Source of the DNA: Vicugna vicugna
Lineage: Eukaryota
Direction: 5' to 3'
DNA length: 64,000 nucleotides
Assembly (NCBI GenBank): GCA_013265495.1
Contig: MU058781.1
Span: 5,707,050-5,771,049, forward strand
Shown piece by piece: positions 12,130-25,169 of this stretch. Made by a program: the position numbers and the translations under genes. The notes below the pieces were generated by a model, which did not search any database, had not been told where the DNA came from, and worked only from the letters and a program-made list of their open reading frames with translations. The first letter of the stretch is position 1. Every line of letters starts with the position of its first letter.

Positions 12130-12960
12130 AACTCGCCACCTGTTTTCAAAATACATTCCAAACTCCTCAGCAGAGCTTACTGAAAAGATACTCTGACACT
12201 CTTCATCTGCTCTATTCCAGCCACTCTGCACTGTTTGCAACTTTTCCAACATGCCATCTTCTCTCACCTCTGAGCTTCGCACACATTGTCCACCAGGTGA
12301 CTAGAGCTGGCGTTTCCCCCGTCCCCTGAAGCCGGACTTACTAGGTGACTTGCTTTGGCCACAGGGAAATTAGCAAAGATCTTGCAGCAGAGGCTGAAAA
12401 GCACACGTGTGCTGAGGTCTGCCCTCTCTTGCTGCTCCTGAGATCACAATATGAAAGCTCAGACTAGCCGACTGGAGAACGAGAGACTGCGTGGAGCAGG
12501 GACAAGCTGTCCCAGCTGAAGCGCCCCCTCTCCCAACCAGCCTCACAACAGCTCGACACGCGAGTGCGTCCATCCCAGACCAATCAGTCCCAGCCAAGCT
12601 GGCTAGACTGGAATAGCCTGGCTGACTTGCAAAATCAGAAGAAATAATGATGTTTGTTGTTTTAAGCACCTAAAGGTCGAAGTGGCCTGTTACATATGTA
12701 TGCCGCCTGATACACCCACTTTGTTTCCTGGTTAACATCTGTCAGTCCTTCAGGTCTGAGGATGAAGGCTTCCTTGACTCGAGAAGCTGCCACACTGGCC
12801 CACATCCATGGCATCCCCTGGGTACCTCTAAAAGAGCACCAGCCACGGTGTAAAGGAGTTGCCTGATTTCTCATCTCCCTTCCCACTGACTGAAAGTTCT
12901 TTTTAGCTGTTGTGGATGCCTGCCTTAGAGCACACGCTCAGTAAATATTTGCTGAAAGAA
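12130..12960 (+). mobile_element. L2 LINE 3' region interrupted by an MLT1 LTR
   Basis: L2-like ccaaactcctcagc and tctcacctctgagcttcgcacacattgtcc before ~12290. Resumes after ~12715 and ends in the L2 tail gctcagtaaatatttgctgaa. Confidence 0.55.
12290..12714 (+). mobile_element. ERVL-MaLR solo LTR (MLT1 family)
   Basis: gtgacttgctttggcca near the start and the MLT1-type end aataatgatgtttgttgttttaagcacctaaaggtcgaagtggcctgttac...ctgataca. Confidence 0.75.
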
Positions 12961-12976
12961 GATACAGGAACGTATA

Positions 12977-13077
12977 CATCCATCTTCTGGCTTTTTCTAT
13001 CCTTAATTTCACCCATCTTCTGGCTTTTTCTACCCTTTATTTCATCCATCTCCTGGTTTTTTCTATCCTTTATTTCA
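12977..13077. repeat. Minisatellite, three 33-bp units
   Basis: catccatcttctggctttttctatccttaattt / cacccatcttctggctttttctaccctttattt / catccatctcctggttttttctatcctttattt starting at 12977, 13010 and 13043. Confidence 0.95.
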
Positions 13078-13589
13078 AACAATTAGACCAGATCATTTTC
13101 ACCTACCACCACACAGACACAGTAACTGCATCAAAATATTTTAATGCTTTATTTTTTCGAGTTCCACTCATATCAATAGCCTTTGGGAATCTCCCTATTC
13201 TTTTTATAGATCAGACTATCATATCTTCCAAACTCACTGTGCCTTTCAGTTTGACTAATACCAAAAAATTCACCTAAAATTCCAAGGCCCCTCAAAATAT
13301 GCACATGGATAATTCTGACAAATGTTGTCACCTTCACCATCATAATTACTTTACTATGTATGTCAAAGAAGCAGAAGATTTGACAATACATAACTGACTT
13401 CACTGGCAATACAATGACATTGACAGTTTATGACAATTCATATTATAGAGGGAACATCTTTACCACAAAGAGACTAGCAGGTTGCAATTGTTCACCTGCT
13501 CATTTCAGCAACACATCACGGTCAATTTTGTTTGGTGAAATTTATTATCCTAACAGCATTATAGATGCCACGGTTACTAGGGAGCAACC

Positions 13590-13770
13590 ACTGGGCTAAA
13601 ACTTAACACACGTTATCTCATTTTCTCAACAATCCTGCAGGGTAGGTATGATCAGCCCTATTCTACAGATGAGATGAGACTCAGAGAGGCTGGGCAATTT
13701 CCCCAAGGACACACAGCTAATGTGCAGCAAGGCTGGGATCTGAAGCCAGATATGAGTCCAAAAGCCCTTA
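13590..13770 (-). mobile_element. MIR SINE
   Basis: ctcaacaatcctgcagggtaggtatgatcagccctattctacagatgagatgagactcagagaggctgggcaatttccccaaggacacacagcta. Confidence 0.8.
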
Positions 13771-13829
13771 TTTGGCCTAATGGCTTTAAAGCTGATGCTG
13801 TTGAACAGAAGCAAGAATTACCTTCCTCT

Positions 13830-13950
13830 GGAAGACAAGGAAATAGAGGCACAGAGAAGGAAAGTAGCTTGCCCATGGTCTCAGAGGGGTGGGAAGGGGC
13901 AGAAAACCCAGATGTCCATTTTTTAGCCTGATGCTCCTGCTCTTGGACCA
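13830..13950 (-). mobile_element. MIR SINE fragment
   Basis: aaggaaatagaggcacagagaaggaaagtagcttgcccatggtctcaga. Confidence 0.65.
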
Positions 13951-15983
13951 AGTCCCAGTCACCTCCATCTTCTCCTTAGTTATTAATATTTAGATTCACA
14001 CCTACCTCTGTGACTGACAACAACAAATTCAAGAGGGAGAGACAACAGGTTCTTTCTGTTCTAGGTGTGCTTCCAATTACTGTACATCTAGATTGGTTGT
14101 GGAAAAAAAAAGTATAAAGCATGAAGCTCATGAGACCTAACTGGGCTATCATCTGCTTTACTAAATTTCTTTCAAAAAAGCAACCAACCCAGAGAAGGAT
14201 TTTAATCTAACTTTAATGGAGTTCACATTCTGTATCTATTATTCATATCAGTATGAGAGAACCGACTTCACTGCCTGTTTTACCATGAAGAATGATGAAT
14301 ATTTAGCATTAAATATTGAATTAAGAGTTACATAGTGATCTTTCAAAAATAAATAATCAACCCTACTTCTCTACCGTATTAAAATGCACCTAACAGGTAT
14401 TTATTGTTCTAGAGACACACAATGTCTTCTACAATTTAAACAGTTTCAGTGACTTAACATAATGACCTGCTGGGCACAGTACATGCTTGTCAAACAACAC
14501 TGATTTATTTCATTTAAGAAACATCTTGAAAACAGAGGATGCCCGAAGTACAAACAACTTCCTTGGAGTTTCTTTTCCGTCCAAATATTATTTCTCCTAA
14601 TTCCAGTTCCAGATCTTCAATATCTATCCTTATTCCGGGTATGAAAGGGGGAATGAATATATAAAGACTATATAAACTGTTCTAGAAATGTTCAGTTACA
14701 CCCGACCTGGCTTCCTCGTCCTGAAGACACAGGTATATGCTGTCATCTCAGCTAAGTACGGTCATTCAGTGGAGCAAATACTAAAAGGCCTCAGAGTACA
14801 AGAATTCTTTTAGTAATGAAAGGTGCTAAGAAGGTTTTATGTCATTTGTGGGCTTCAGATGTTCTGGGGACATTCCTCTCATCAGATTCCCCTGCTCCCA
14901 ACAAGGTTTGCAGGTAGACTCACGTTTGCTTCTTTCTTTGTGAAAAACGTCCTGACGTCTCCATGCCAACAGAGACAGATGCACTCCCGAGGAGAAAGTG
15001 TTAGCCACAGGCACTGGCCAGGGCCTGCTCCGATGAAGTGGCTGTGAAGTCAAGTCCCCAGGACATCCACTGTCCACTGACTGCTCGGTTTTACTTAACC
15101 TCAGCAAGGCCAACTAAGTTAGAGGCTTTAAAACATAAGACTTCTGTGTTCTTTTGGATCCAAATCCAAAGTGGGGAGGAAAAGTCATTTAGTGCCAATT
15201 CAATGTGACATAAAGGAGGAGGAGGGTAATTAAAGAGGCGAGGACAAGGTGAGGAGTGTTCCCTTGCAATCCTGGGGACATGGGTAAATTATTGGAGCCC
15301 AGTCAGAGAGCTCCAGTTACACTGAACTGCTTTCAGGCCAGACCTGACAACAGGAAAAGAAGCCAAGATCGACTGCACTGGTGTTTCTCTGCATCCTCCT
15401 CCCCCACCTCTGATTCTTCCCCAACATCCACCTCTGCCCCCAGGCTCTAAACACAGATGCTGATAAACAACAGGAACGTCAACCCAATTCACAAGAAAAA
15501 CTGATACCATCTAGTGTTGTGAGATCACCTGACACCCTGGCCTGGCAGTCACACTCTGCTGGGACTATCCATCAATCAGTCTGTTACTCTCCTTGGGATG
15601 CTGTCTGTACCAGGAAGACCATGTGGTCCATGACCCTTAGTAAATGACACGCCCATGATACTGACATGACTTCCTGGAGGCCTGCCCAGATGAAGGAAAT
15701 GGAAACTCCTCTTTGAGCAAGGTGAATGTCAACTCCCCTCTGGAGGCCACCCCCTCCCACTGCCATTCCCCTGCTCGCCTTTAGGGAAGTGCCAGCCAGC
15801 AGGTTGCCAGGACAACCGGCGTCATCGCCGGGGCACAGAAATAGATCTCCAGCAGAGCAGGGAACCTGGACTGCAAACTCCGATGACAGCAACAAGATAC
15901 CAATTGGCAGCTAATCTGCTCTGCTAAAGGACTGACAGACTTACCCTGCCCAGTGGACAGCTCTCACCTTGACATACTATCCT

Positions 15984-16128
15984 TTAATCCGCACTTGTAC
16001 TTGATGTGGTGGTGACAAGAGAAGGGGCAAGAAACTCGCTGAAGAGAGAGGCCGAATGACTCTGTTCCGAATAATGTGAGCTGGTAGACATGCAGGAACC
16101 AACTGACATGTGTCTGTTTGTTAGTTTC
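15984..16128 (-). CDS. Candidate last coding segment within an internal exon (exon 16128 to 15968 or 15945) of the unidentified gene; product unknown
   Basis: Acceptor cctccctccccctactttcag|GAAACT (AG at 16129-16130). Donors AAG|gtgaga (exon end 15968) and AGG|gtaagt (exon end 15945). One frame reads KLTNRHMSVGSCMSTSSHYSEQSHSASLFSEFLAPSLVTTTSSTSAD* with the stop at 15984-15986. The protein is not recognised and the frame is uncertain. Confidence 0.3.
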
Positions 16129-17355
16129 CTGAAAGTAGGGGGAGGGAGGCTGTTCATAAACAGCAGGAGAGCCAGAAACAGGTAGAACAACTGAGGTTGC
16201 CAAAGAGAAGGGGAAAAAAAAATCTGTTTGTACAGGCAATAGTTGTCCCCGTCCTAAACAACAACATCCTAACCTCTCATCCCCTTTCCTCGCAGAACAA
16301 GGAAGAAAAGGAAAGGGAGACGGGAAAACTAGGGCCTGCCCTGGTCCAAGACGGGAACAGTCTCTGTGTCCAGTCCTCTTTGCTCTGCAGGGTAAGTTTT
16401 ACAAAGCTTCTAATGGGTAGTACCTCTGGGAGTACCTGCTAGTACCTCGCAGGAGCCCCAGACATTAAGACTGCCTGTCAAAGTCTTCGATTTCAGCCCT
16501 GGATAAATGACAAGTTTTCAGTTCTCTGTGAGCTACAAAGGCTTGCAGGAAAAAAAAAGATTGAAATGAGGAGCAACCTCGTGGAGTGTTTTAGAAAACA
16601 ATTTTAGCAGGTGCGTTTTCATGTCCAGATGAGAAAAACAGGGTATCTGGATGTCTGGGAAGATGGCTTAGGTGCAGAATGAAAGCGGTAACACAGCCCA
16701 GTTACCCGTGCAGAGGTCCTAAGCACTGAATTCTGTTGGCACTGTGGCACTGCTAGACACTCGTGGCTGGAAGGGAGATGGTCACAAGACGTGTGTGATA
16801 AAGGAACTGGGAGAGTAGTGAGATTTAGAGGCAGACAAAGATGGCTGAGGGTCCAAAGACCACGATAAGGACTTAGCTGAGTTTTGGAACTAAAAAGATT
16901 CTGAAGGAGATTGCCATTTGTAGCCCATGAATATTTCTACTTCAAGGGATTCTACTTAAGCCGTTTCAGAATGTAAGCTAAGCACACACAGAAAAATCGC
17001 ACTGAAAAATCAACTTCCTCCAACGTGGGTTTCAAACAGCTAATTTTACTATCTCACCTAAAAAGCATCATTTTAAACTTGCTGAAGATGACTTTTTCTG
17101 AATCATGTAGCATTACTGTTCAGGTGTCTGCAAAGGTTAACAGAATCCTCAGGACACAGAGAAGATGGATTAACTCTTTCAACCTAAGATTCCACCTAGC
17201 ATAATTTACTAATACAGCTAGCACTAGAAATCTGATATGAATATATGTGGAGGGAGGGAGGGAGGGGTTAAATGATCTTTTGATCTGAAAAAATGGTTGT
17301 TTTACAAAAGTGAAAAAATTTGAGGAATTAAAAAAATGAAATCATTTTTCTATTT

Positions 17356-17486
17356 AACTTTTTTTTTTCAGTCTTGGGGGGGTAATTAGGATTATTTACT
17401 TTTTTTTTTTAATGGAGGTACTGGGGACTGAACCCAGGACCTCATGCATGCTAAGCACATGCTCTACCAGTGAGCTGTACCCTCCC
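17356..17486 (-). mobile_element. Camelid tRNA-derived SINE (Vic-1-like)
   Basis: Minus strand reads gggagggtacagctcactggtagagcatgtgcttagcatgcatgaggtcctgggttcagtccccagtacctcc...cctaattacccc plus an A tail, with Pol III A/B-box-like motifs. Probable 11-bp TSD tttttctattt (17345-17355) / tgtttctattt (17487-17497). Confidence 0.85.
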
Positions 17487-18929
17487 TGTTTCTATTTGTC
17501 TTTTTACATTAGCCCCAAAGAACAATTTATTTGCTGATAAGAACCATCAGGTTTTGTTTTGACTTTATGACAAACCAATTTCATTTAGTGCTTATTTGTG
17601 CCTCACTTTTTCTGCAAGAAAGAAAAGGAGAAACAATCTTTTAGAGGAACAATGAAAACAGTTTAAATACTGAGATGATATACTTGGAAAGAAAAGACAT
17701 CGGTCATATTATGTATGTATTTATATGGGCGTATTCGTTTATATTTATAATAAAGACGGGAAATGTGATCAACCTTCTAAGGTGTCCGAAGTATGGGAAT
17801 TACTTGATCTCTGTCCGGAAGAATTTTCAGTGGCTTCCGATTCCCCCTTCCAGGGCAGCACCCCCACCCTCCTCCTCGCCCTTCCTCCTTCTGTGTATAC
17901 TGAGTCTTCCACAGCGAGCACTTCAAAGATACACCACTTGAGAAATACATTTTTAGTTTCGGGTGTGGTTTAGTTGAAAACACTACCTTTTACACGGATT
18001 GGGGAGGCACCATTTCTTTAAGTAGCCCAAGTTCTGGCTTCAGCTTTTGCACATAAATAGATAAAATGACCCTAAAGGAGAGTGGTTCCCATGTGCTCCA
18101 AATCTCTATTCTCCATCTTTGTCAGGGGTCACAGCACAGCATTTCTGATGGGAGGATGTTCTGGGCTCTGAGGTCTCAGTCGCCCAGATGAAGAAGCAGT
18201 TAAATAAAAGATTAGTTTTCTCTTCTCTCCCTCCTTCCCTTGCCTTCTCAATACACACACTTATATGGGGTTGAAATCCAACCTGTTTCAAGGACTAACT
18301 CAGATGCTCAGCAGTCCTGGAAGCCTTCCCTCCTGGGAAACCCAAGTCCGAGGACCCTCACCGTCACATCACCACTTGCGGAGTACCCGGCCCCCTGCCT
18401 CCACCCCTCCCAGCGCTCGGCGGGAGTAAATCCCACAGGGCAGCAAATGCAGGCTACTCACCCCTGCATCCCTAACAGATGTCAGCACAACCCTGGCACA
18501 CACAGAGGTCTTTTCACAAATCTGATTCACTCAAGGAATTCAAAACCTAAAGAGGAAACTCAGATAGGACAGACAAACGTTCTACTTCAGCACTTTTCAG
18601 TTAAGCAGCAGCCTGACCAGCCTGTGGCTGCTTTCTCCCCGCTACAGAACACGAATCCAGGAGAAGATACACGAACATTCTTCCTTCCACAACTTCTGGG
18701 TGTTCTGTGTATTTCCCTTCTTCCCTCCGAGATGCTGAGAGGAGGCGGCTTGGCACGTGGGGAAGACGGCGCCGAGGGGATGGGTGTGGCTGGGATGGGC
18801 TACCCTCTGCCAGCTGACGCAGGAAGTGGGGCTGACAGCAACTCTCAGAAGGGGCAGCTCATGCAAAGCTCCCCCAACTCACCCAAAAGTGGCAATGGCC
18901 AGGAACGAGGGTGGCCATCAGTAAGAAGC

Positions 18930-19045
18930 AATGAATATGAAAAGGAATCTATGTATGTATATGCATAACTGAAACATTATGCTGTACACCAGAAATTGAC
19001 ACAACATTGTAAACTGACTACATTTCAACTAAAAAAAAAAAAAAA
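18930..19045 (+). mobile_element. Short young L1 3' tail with poly(A)
   Basis: aatgaatatgaaaaggaatctatgtatgtatatgcataactgaaacattatgctgtacaccagaaattgacacaacattgtaaactgactacatttcaact followed by a long A run. Confidence 0.85.
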
Positions 19046-20264
19046 GGAGGGAAGGAGGAAGTCTGGGAAAGGGGGAAGAAAACTCTAGAAGACTTGAAGC
19101 TACACAAGAACACCCAGTGCCCTTGCATGGAACATGCTATCAGAGCCTCTTTGCCTTCACGACATGCAGGCCAAATGCCAGGGCCATTACAGGCAGGGAA
19201 TTTTAAAAATGAGACTCTCCCCCTACCGCCATTTATCTAATAGTAAAATCTCCCCTTCTCTTCTGACCTCCTTGTCTACTTCAGTTTTTTTGTTGTTTTT
19301 ATGATAGCACTAGAGATTACTTTAAAAGAATATGGTATCACAGATGGCAAGTCTAAGAGGTACAAATTGACAGACACATACGGAAATTCCCAAATCGCTC
19401 TTATTAGAGTGTGCATGTCTAATTCTCTGACTCTGGAGACTAGAAATTCAGCTCCCATTTTTCAAAGCTTATAAAGACAGCATAATGCTGTCTAAATAGG
19501 CACAGAGGTGTTTATTTCGGTCTTCCCACTTCTTCTGAAGATTAATGTCACTCCTACTCTCAGAGCGGTTACTCTGAAAAGTGGTTTGATGAACACAGAG
19601 AATTCAAGAAACCTTGATTCTTGCCATCCTCAAAAGCAACAAAAGCTCATGACTCCCTAAGAAAGCTTTGGTCAGTCACTCCCATCACACCACAGAGACA
19701 TTGGATGGACTTCATTTGTATCAGCACACTGTTTTTTCATTTCAGATTGTGCATCAACCAAAAGCACGGAAAATGAAAATGACGCTATTCAGTAAATGGG
19801 GAGTTTCCAGGCAGATTCGGCACTTCAAGTTTGTCTCTCCCTTTTGAACTAAATGTAAACGTGGATGGTGCTAAAATGATGTGATTACGAGACACAACAG
19901 CACCACCTTTCACAAGGTCAGGGCGGGCTGCTCACAAATGACCCATAAAGCAAACCACTCAGATGGAAAAGGAGAGGAAATATACACGGTGCAGAATGTT
20001 TTTTTTTTAAAGTATCAGAAAATCCCCCAACTCTACTGATTGTACAAAAAAGGGGGGGCACTTTATAGAAGTGTTTCCTTTCTCACATTTACTTAAACAC
20101 ATCATAGACAATTATCACCCACTTTTAGGGAAAAGACAAGCTCGTTTCTCCACGCCACCCTCTACCTGACCAACCTACTGTCAGATTCAAGCAATTCAGA
20201 TCAGAACCATGTTTGTGGTCCTGTTCCTAACGGCTTAGGCCCACACCTGAGAAGCCCAGACATA

Positions 20265-20560
20265 CATTTACTCTTTCCTTAGACAGTCACTCAACAAATA
20301 TTTACTGAGTGCCCAGTACGGGCCAAGCAGCATTTTAGGTTTTGTGGACTCGCCAGGAATAGCAATAGTAATAATAATATCTCTGCTTTCATGGAGCTTG
20401 CGGTCTAGTTGAGGAGATGGACAATTAACAAATACATATATAATAGGTAAGGCGCTTAAAGGGAAAATAAGGTAGGCTGGAGGATACAGAAGGAGTGGAG
20501 TGGGTGCTGCTTTATAAAGGTCAGGGAAGGCCGCTTTGAAGAGGCAACTGGAAAAGTCCC
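20265..20560 (-). mobile_element. L2 LINE 3' end
   Basis: cactcaacaaatatttactgagtgcccagtacgggccaagca...ctctgctttcatggagcttgcggtctagttg. Confidence 0.8.
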
Positions 20561-20974
20561 ACTTACAGAAGCAGAGAAGTTTTAGAAAGAAATAGAGCAT
20601 ATAAGCAAGGAGGCAGTGATCTAAGTAATAAATTTGAGTGAGTATGGAGGTGGACAGTTTTTAAAAAGTTAATTTCAAAAGCATCTCATATTCAATTTTC
20701 AAAAAGACCAAGGAGTATGGATCCTAGATTTAAGTGACTCTAACTCTATTCTTGGAAAGCGCTCAAATGAACACCTTTCAGTTGTCACCTGGTACCTGGA
20801 AGGGTCCTGTAGAAAGGGTAACGTGAGGGTGACATAAAATTATTCTTTTTTTTTTTTAACCACAAAACTGTGCTCAATGTTTAAAAAGCATTTGTAAATT
20901 GAAGTTCTGCCAAATCACTGACTTTTAGAAGCTGAACAAGGTAAAATGAAGGTCCAATCTGCCTCATCCAAGGC

Positions 20975-21160
20975 TGGGACTTGAAGCAATGCTAGACACT
21001 TAGCAGAATCTTCAGAGCTCCTTTAACTCAACTTTCTCATGTTACTCATCATGAAATGGGTCCCCGGGGCTTTTGGGGGGCTTAAGGTTCTACAGTCAAC
21101 TTTAGCATCATGCATACAACCCAGGTCTCCTGACTCCTAAGGTCAGTATTTCTTGCCACT
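20975..21160 (-). mobile_element. MIR-family SINE, decayed
   Basis: aacccaggtctcctgactcctaaggtcagtatttcttgccact. Confidence 0.5.
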
Positions 21161-24100
21161 CCTCTCCTGTAAGAGTTACAACACCTTAGAGACAGTTTGA
21201 GACACTTTCAGGAGTAAAAACCATCTGCTAGAAAGATGGTGGCAGATTTGAGAGGTGGTTAATGGGGACAGAGAACTACAAAGGTAGTGAGTTTGGGGGG
21301 CAGTCTCTAAAAGCTTCTGAGGATGGACATCATTAATTCTGCCTCCAGGATTATTACTCGAATGGTCGTATACCCACCACCACATCCCCTCGTGCAAGCA
21401 CACATTCTCTGAAAATCTCCTGCCTTCCCTACTATAATGGCACAGCCTTGGGGCACTCAGGACACCAAAGTAAGGGGAAAATATGAATTCAAAAACACAC
21501 CAATATTACAAAGGGTTATTAACTTCAAAATTTACCAAGAAAAACTGGAACCTGCCCCCTCCCCAAGCAAATACAATTTGGAAGAAAAAGTCTCTAGAGT
21601 TCAAAACAATTTAGCATTTTCTTCATCTCTCTCAACCCACTCCATTTACAGAAGGATTTTAAAATGGCTAAGTTGGCCATGTGGCATCTTAAGTTTACAC
21701 TTCAGAACTTCTTTGAAAACCTCACTTAATGCTTGACGTCTGGCATGGTATCACATGAGTAGTTCAAAGCAATGATTAAATAAAAAAAAAAACCCAAAAC
21801 ATCATCAGATTCAAAGCAAAAGCCATCTTGATTATAATAACTGCACTGTTCTTTTAAATGTAACCTGAAACCTAAAGCATTTTTCCATAAAATATTTGTT
21901 TCCTAGGATTAAAACACTAAAGAAACAAACAAACAAAAACCCCAAAACAAAAAATCACCAGAAGTGCATTCTACCAGCTACCTGATTGGGAAAATACCTT
22001 CTAAAAAGACAAAACACTGCTATTGTAGCACACAGATCTAATAGGGTCCCCAAATTATGACTTTTAATACTGATAGAAACTCTTAGAATAAGATTTTTTT
22101 TTTTTGGAAGATTAAAGTGTGTTACAAGATGCTCTGCTCCTTATGGGGATCCCAAACTAAGATGGCGACTTATCAGTAAACAAGAAGCATGGAGCAACAC
22201 ACAGACTTATAAACCAACTTCATGGGCCTCAAGGACTTGCCCAAGGTTTTGAAGTTACCTGACCTTGACCATCGGACCAGGAATAGAATTTAGGTCAATA
22301 ATCCCAGGAACTGTGTTTCCATCAAAACCAATGGGATCATACACACAAAAGGAATGCGCATGAAAATATCAACATTTCCCATCACCCATTTACTCAAGGC
22401 AATGAGACACTTTGAATTCAATAAGCTTATTTCAGTATGACTGTTCAAGCCTCAGGAAACATGGATAAATAGTCATATTTAAGACAAATTTTTAGGAAAT
22501 CAATAAAAAAATTCAGTGCAATTTTTTCTTTTCAATGGTAAATGCTTTTTCTCTCTGATATAATGCTTCATAATATTGTATGTTGTTCTTTCAAAATCAT
22601 TTATGCAACTGGAAAAAAGCAAGTAATAAATGCCTGGGAAAGTTTCCTGACCGAATTAAGAAACTGAAAACTCAACACAAAGTTATTTATATATATACAC
22701 ACATACATGTTTGTGGCGCTTAGTTTCCTGAAATTTGAAGGTAATACGTTCATAGGCCATCCTGGGTTTCCTGAAGCTGTACTCTTTCCTCCTCAAATCT
22801 CTTCTAAACTTTTGTTTTTATGACACAGTCTAGCAACGCAGTTTAATCTCTAGAAAGCAGCAGAGCTAGGCAAACCAGAAGTTCCGTGGTAGATAAGCAT
22901 CTTGAAGCCCATTGTGTTGGGATTCAATCCTGGATCCTAAAACTGCCCCTGAGGGATGACCAGCAGCTGCCACACCAAAACTACTCATTTCCAAACCCCA
23001 ACTCAGCAGTCAGATAAAAAACCGACCCATTAGCCAATTGTGAATAAGAGAAACACCCAGAATAGCTGACCGTCCTTGCATACCTTCGATTTTTGAAAGC
23101 CAGAAAAACATTGCATTCCGATCAAAATCTCTAGATAAATAAAATAACTGCAGGATGGAAATCCTGGTGGGTAATCCTCAGCCTAGAGGATTTTACCCTC
23201 CTACCCACCAGCCAAAAAGAACTGCTGTAGCCCAGTTTCAAGAAGCTGCTATGAACTTGGTATCATTTAACTGCTCCAGGAGAAAGGGCGTTCCTACACG
23301 GAAAGGATTTTTATTCAAAGGAGATAATGAGCAGTGCCCCATGGAAACTCAAAGTCAAGTTCACAGCAAATGAAAACAGAACCTCTACCATAAAAAAACG
23401 AGGATCACCTAGAGCTAATGCTAAATACCCCCATCAGCACCCTGGCCCCCGCATCCAATGATTCACAAATCCTTGCAAGGCAAGCCCTGCGGACAGGGCT
23501 CTTGTTAACTTACAACATTCACTGTGCGCTGTTCACAGGTAGGCCCAGCCTCTCCTTCACCATGGAGACTTCCTCCGAGAAGCTGGAGCGCTCCTAGGCT
23601 CAGACGTGTCCTTTCTTCCTTTCACAGAGACAGGAGAAATCCCTAGCGTGGGAATAGAACAGAAGACAAAGGAAAAGGTGAATGCATCGTCAAATCCCTC
23701 GTTATCTCAACAGATGAAGTTCACGATCAATTAGACTGATGGATAATTCACCAAAGACCATTTTCCAGTACGCTTTGCTGAAAAAGGAAATGCAGTATTT
23801 TTGCTCTTGCCCCAGGAGACAGCCTGGTGAGGCCAAGCCTCTTCCCCACCGCTCCCCCCACCCCAGAAAGTTGAAGCCAGTTCTGGGAGGCTTCAGATGC
23901 AATCCCAGCAGAGATGCAGACTTGCAACACGGCCTCAAAATAAGCCCTCTTGCAGGAAGGAGGGGGCTGGGATGATCACCTTTTGCCATTTTCATACCTC
24001 ACTGGGTTGTTGGGAAGATCAGTAAGATCTCTCTGGCAAGCACTCACAGTTCCCGAGAAGAAAGGTGCCACGTAAACACAAAGTGTTATTAGTGATCAGG

Positions 24101-25104
24101 AGCCTGTTACTGAGCTCTGGAGCCAAAATTAAAAGCCAGCTTTGGCAAGGCAACCACAGTCAACCATCCCCGCTCGGGGCACCCAAAGAGCCGAATGTTT
24201 CTCCTCCCACCGAGGATCAAAGGAAGCAGAGGACTGAAAATGGAGGCCTCTGGAATCTCAGGGAGAAAGAAAGGAAAGGCCTGGAGCAGGAAGTGAAGAG
24301 GGAAGAAGGGATGAAAGCTGGTGAGAGGCGCGTGCAGGGACGTGATTATTCGGTCCATGCCACACGGCTCCCTGGGATGGCTGATTTGCAGCGCTGAGTG
24401 TGCCGGCCGTTTGCAGGGCTGTGAAATTTTCCACTTGGCCACCTGCCATGTCCACCCACCGACGACAACACTTACACACACTGGCACACTGAGGCCCTGC
24501 TGCAGAAGGGCTGGGCGATTTCTGTTGGTTGCATTTAAAGATCTGTTCATATCCTGATTGCATTTACTCTCAATATCTCATTAATATTTTCCACACCTCG
24601 ATTTCTTGATTTTTTTTTCCCTCCTATAATACAGGGCCAGGAACAACTTTTCCTGGGCCAGTATCATTAAGGTATTTTGACTTGTGTATTCTTGAGAAGC
24701 ATGCTTGAGGTACAAGAACTTACAGGAGCAGCTTTGGGGACAACAAGAAACATAGAATTTAAGTGCTGTGCTAGGATCTAGAATCAAATAAATCATTCAC
24801 AAGTGCCAGTCATGTTTTCCTTTCAGAGTTATAAGTGCACATTGAACAAAAATGGAAGTCTTGTATTAGCATTGTGGGTGTACTATTATTTTCGAGGGGA
24901 AAAATGTGGTCTCCTATCTCAAAAAAAAAAGCAAGAAAGAGTCATATCAAATTTTAGATTTGGAACTGGCAGAACACTAACAAGTAGACCTCAAAGAAGG
25001 AAAAATATGGAGAGGAAAAAAACTAGGACAGAAGGGAGAAAGGAAGTGTCTTCTACTAATATAATTGACCATGACTTTTATAGTGAATACAATTTACAAA
25101 GTGT

Positions 25105-25160
25105 CTTTTTAATTGAGGTATAATTGATATATAACATTACATTAGTCTCCAGGGTACAAA
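25105..25160 (-). mobile_element. L1 extreme 3' end fragment
   Basis: tttttaattgaggtataattgatatataacattacattagtctccagggtacaa. Confidence 0.65.
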
Positions 25161-25169
25161 GTACTTTCT

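Noticed and set aside
17400..17486. tRNA gene-like sequence (also at 32706-32785)
   Set aside because: A/B-box head of a tRNA-derived SINE with tail and TSD, not an intact cloverleaf.
18240..18968. Longest ORF in the track (242 aa, plus strand)
   Set aside because: Non-ATG start, no recognisable domain, and its end runs into an L1 tail. Consistent with a chance ORF in GC-richer sequence.
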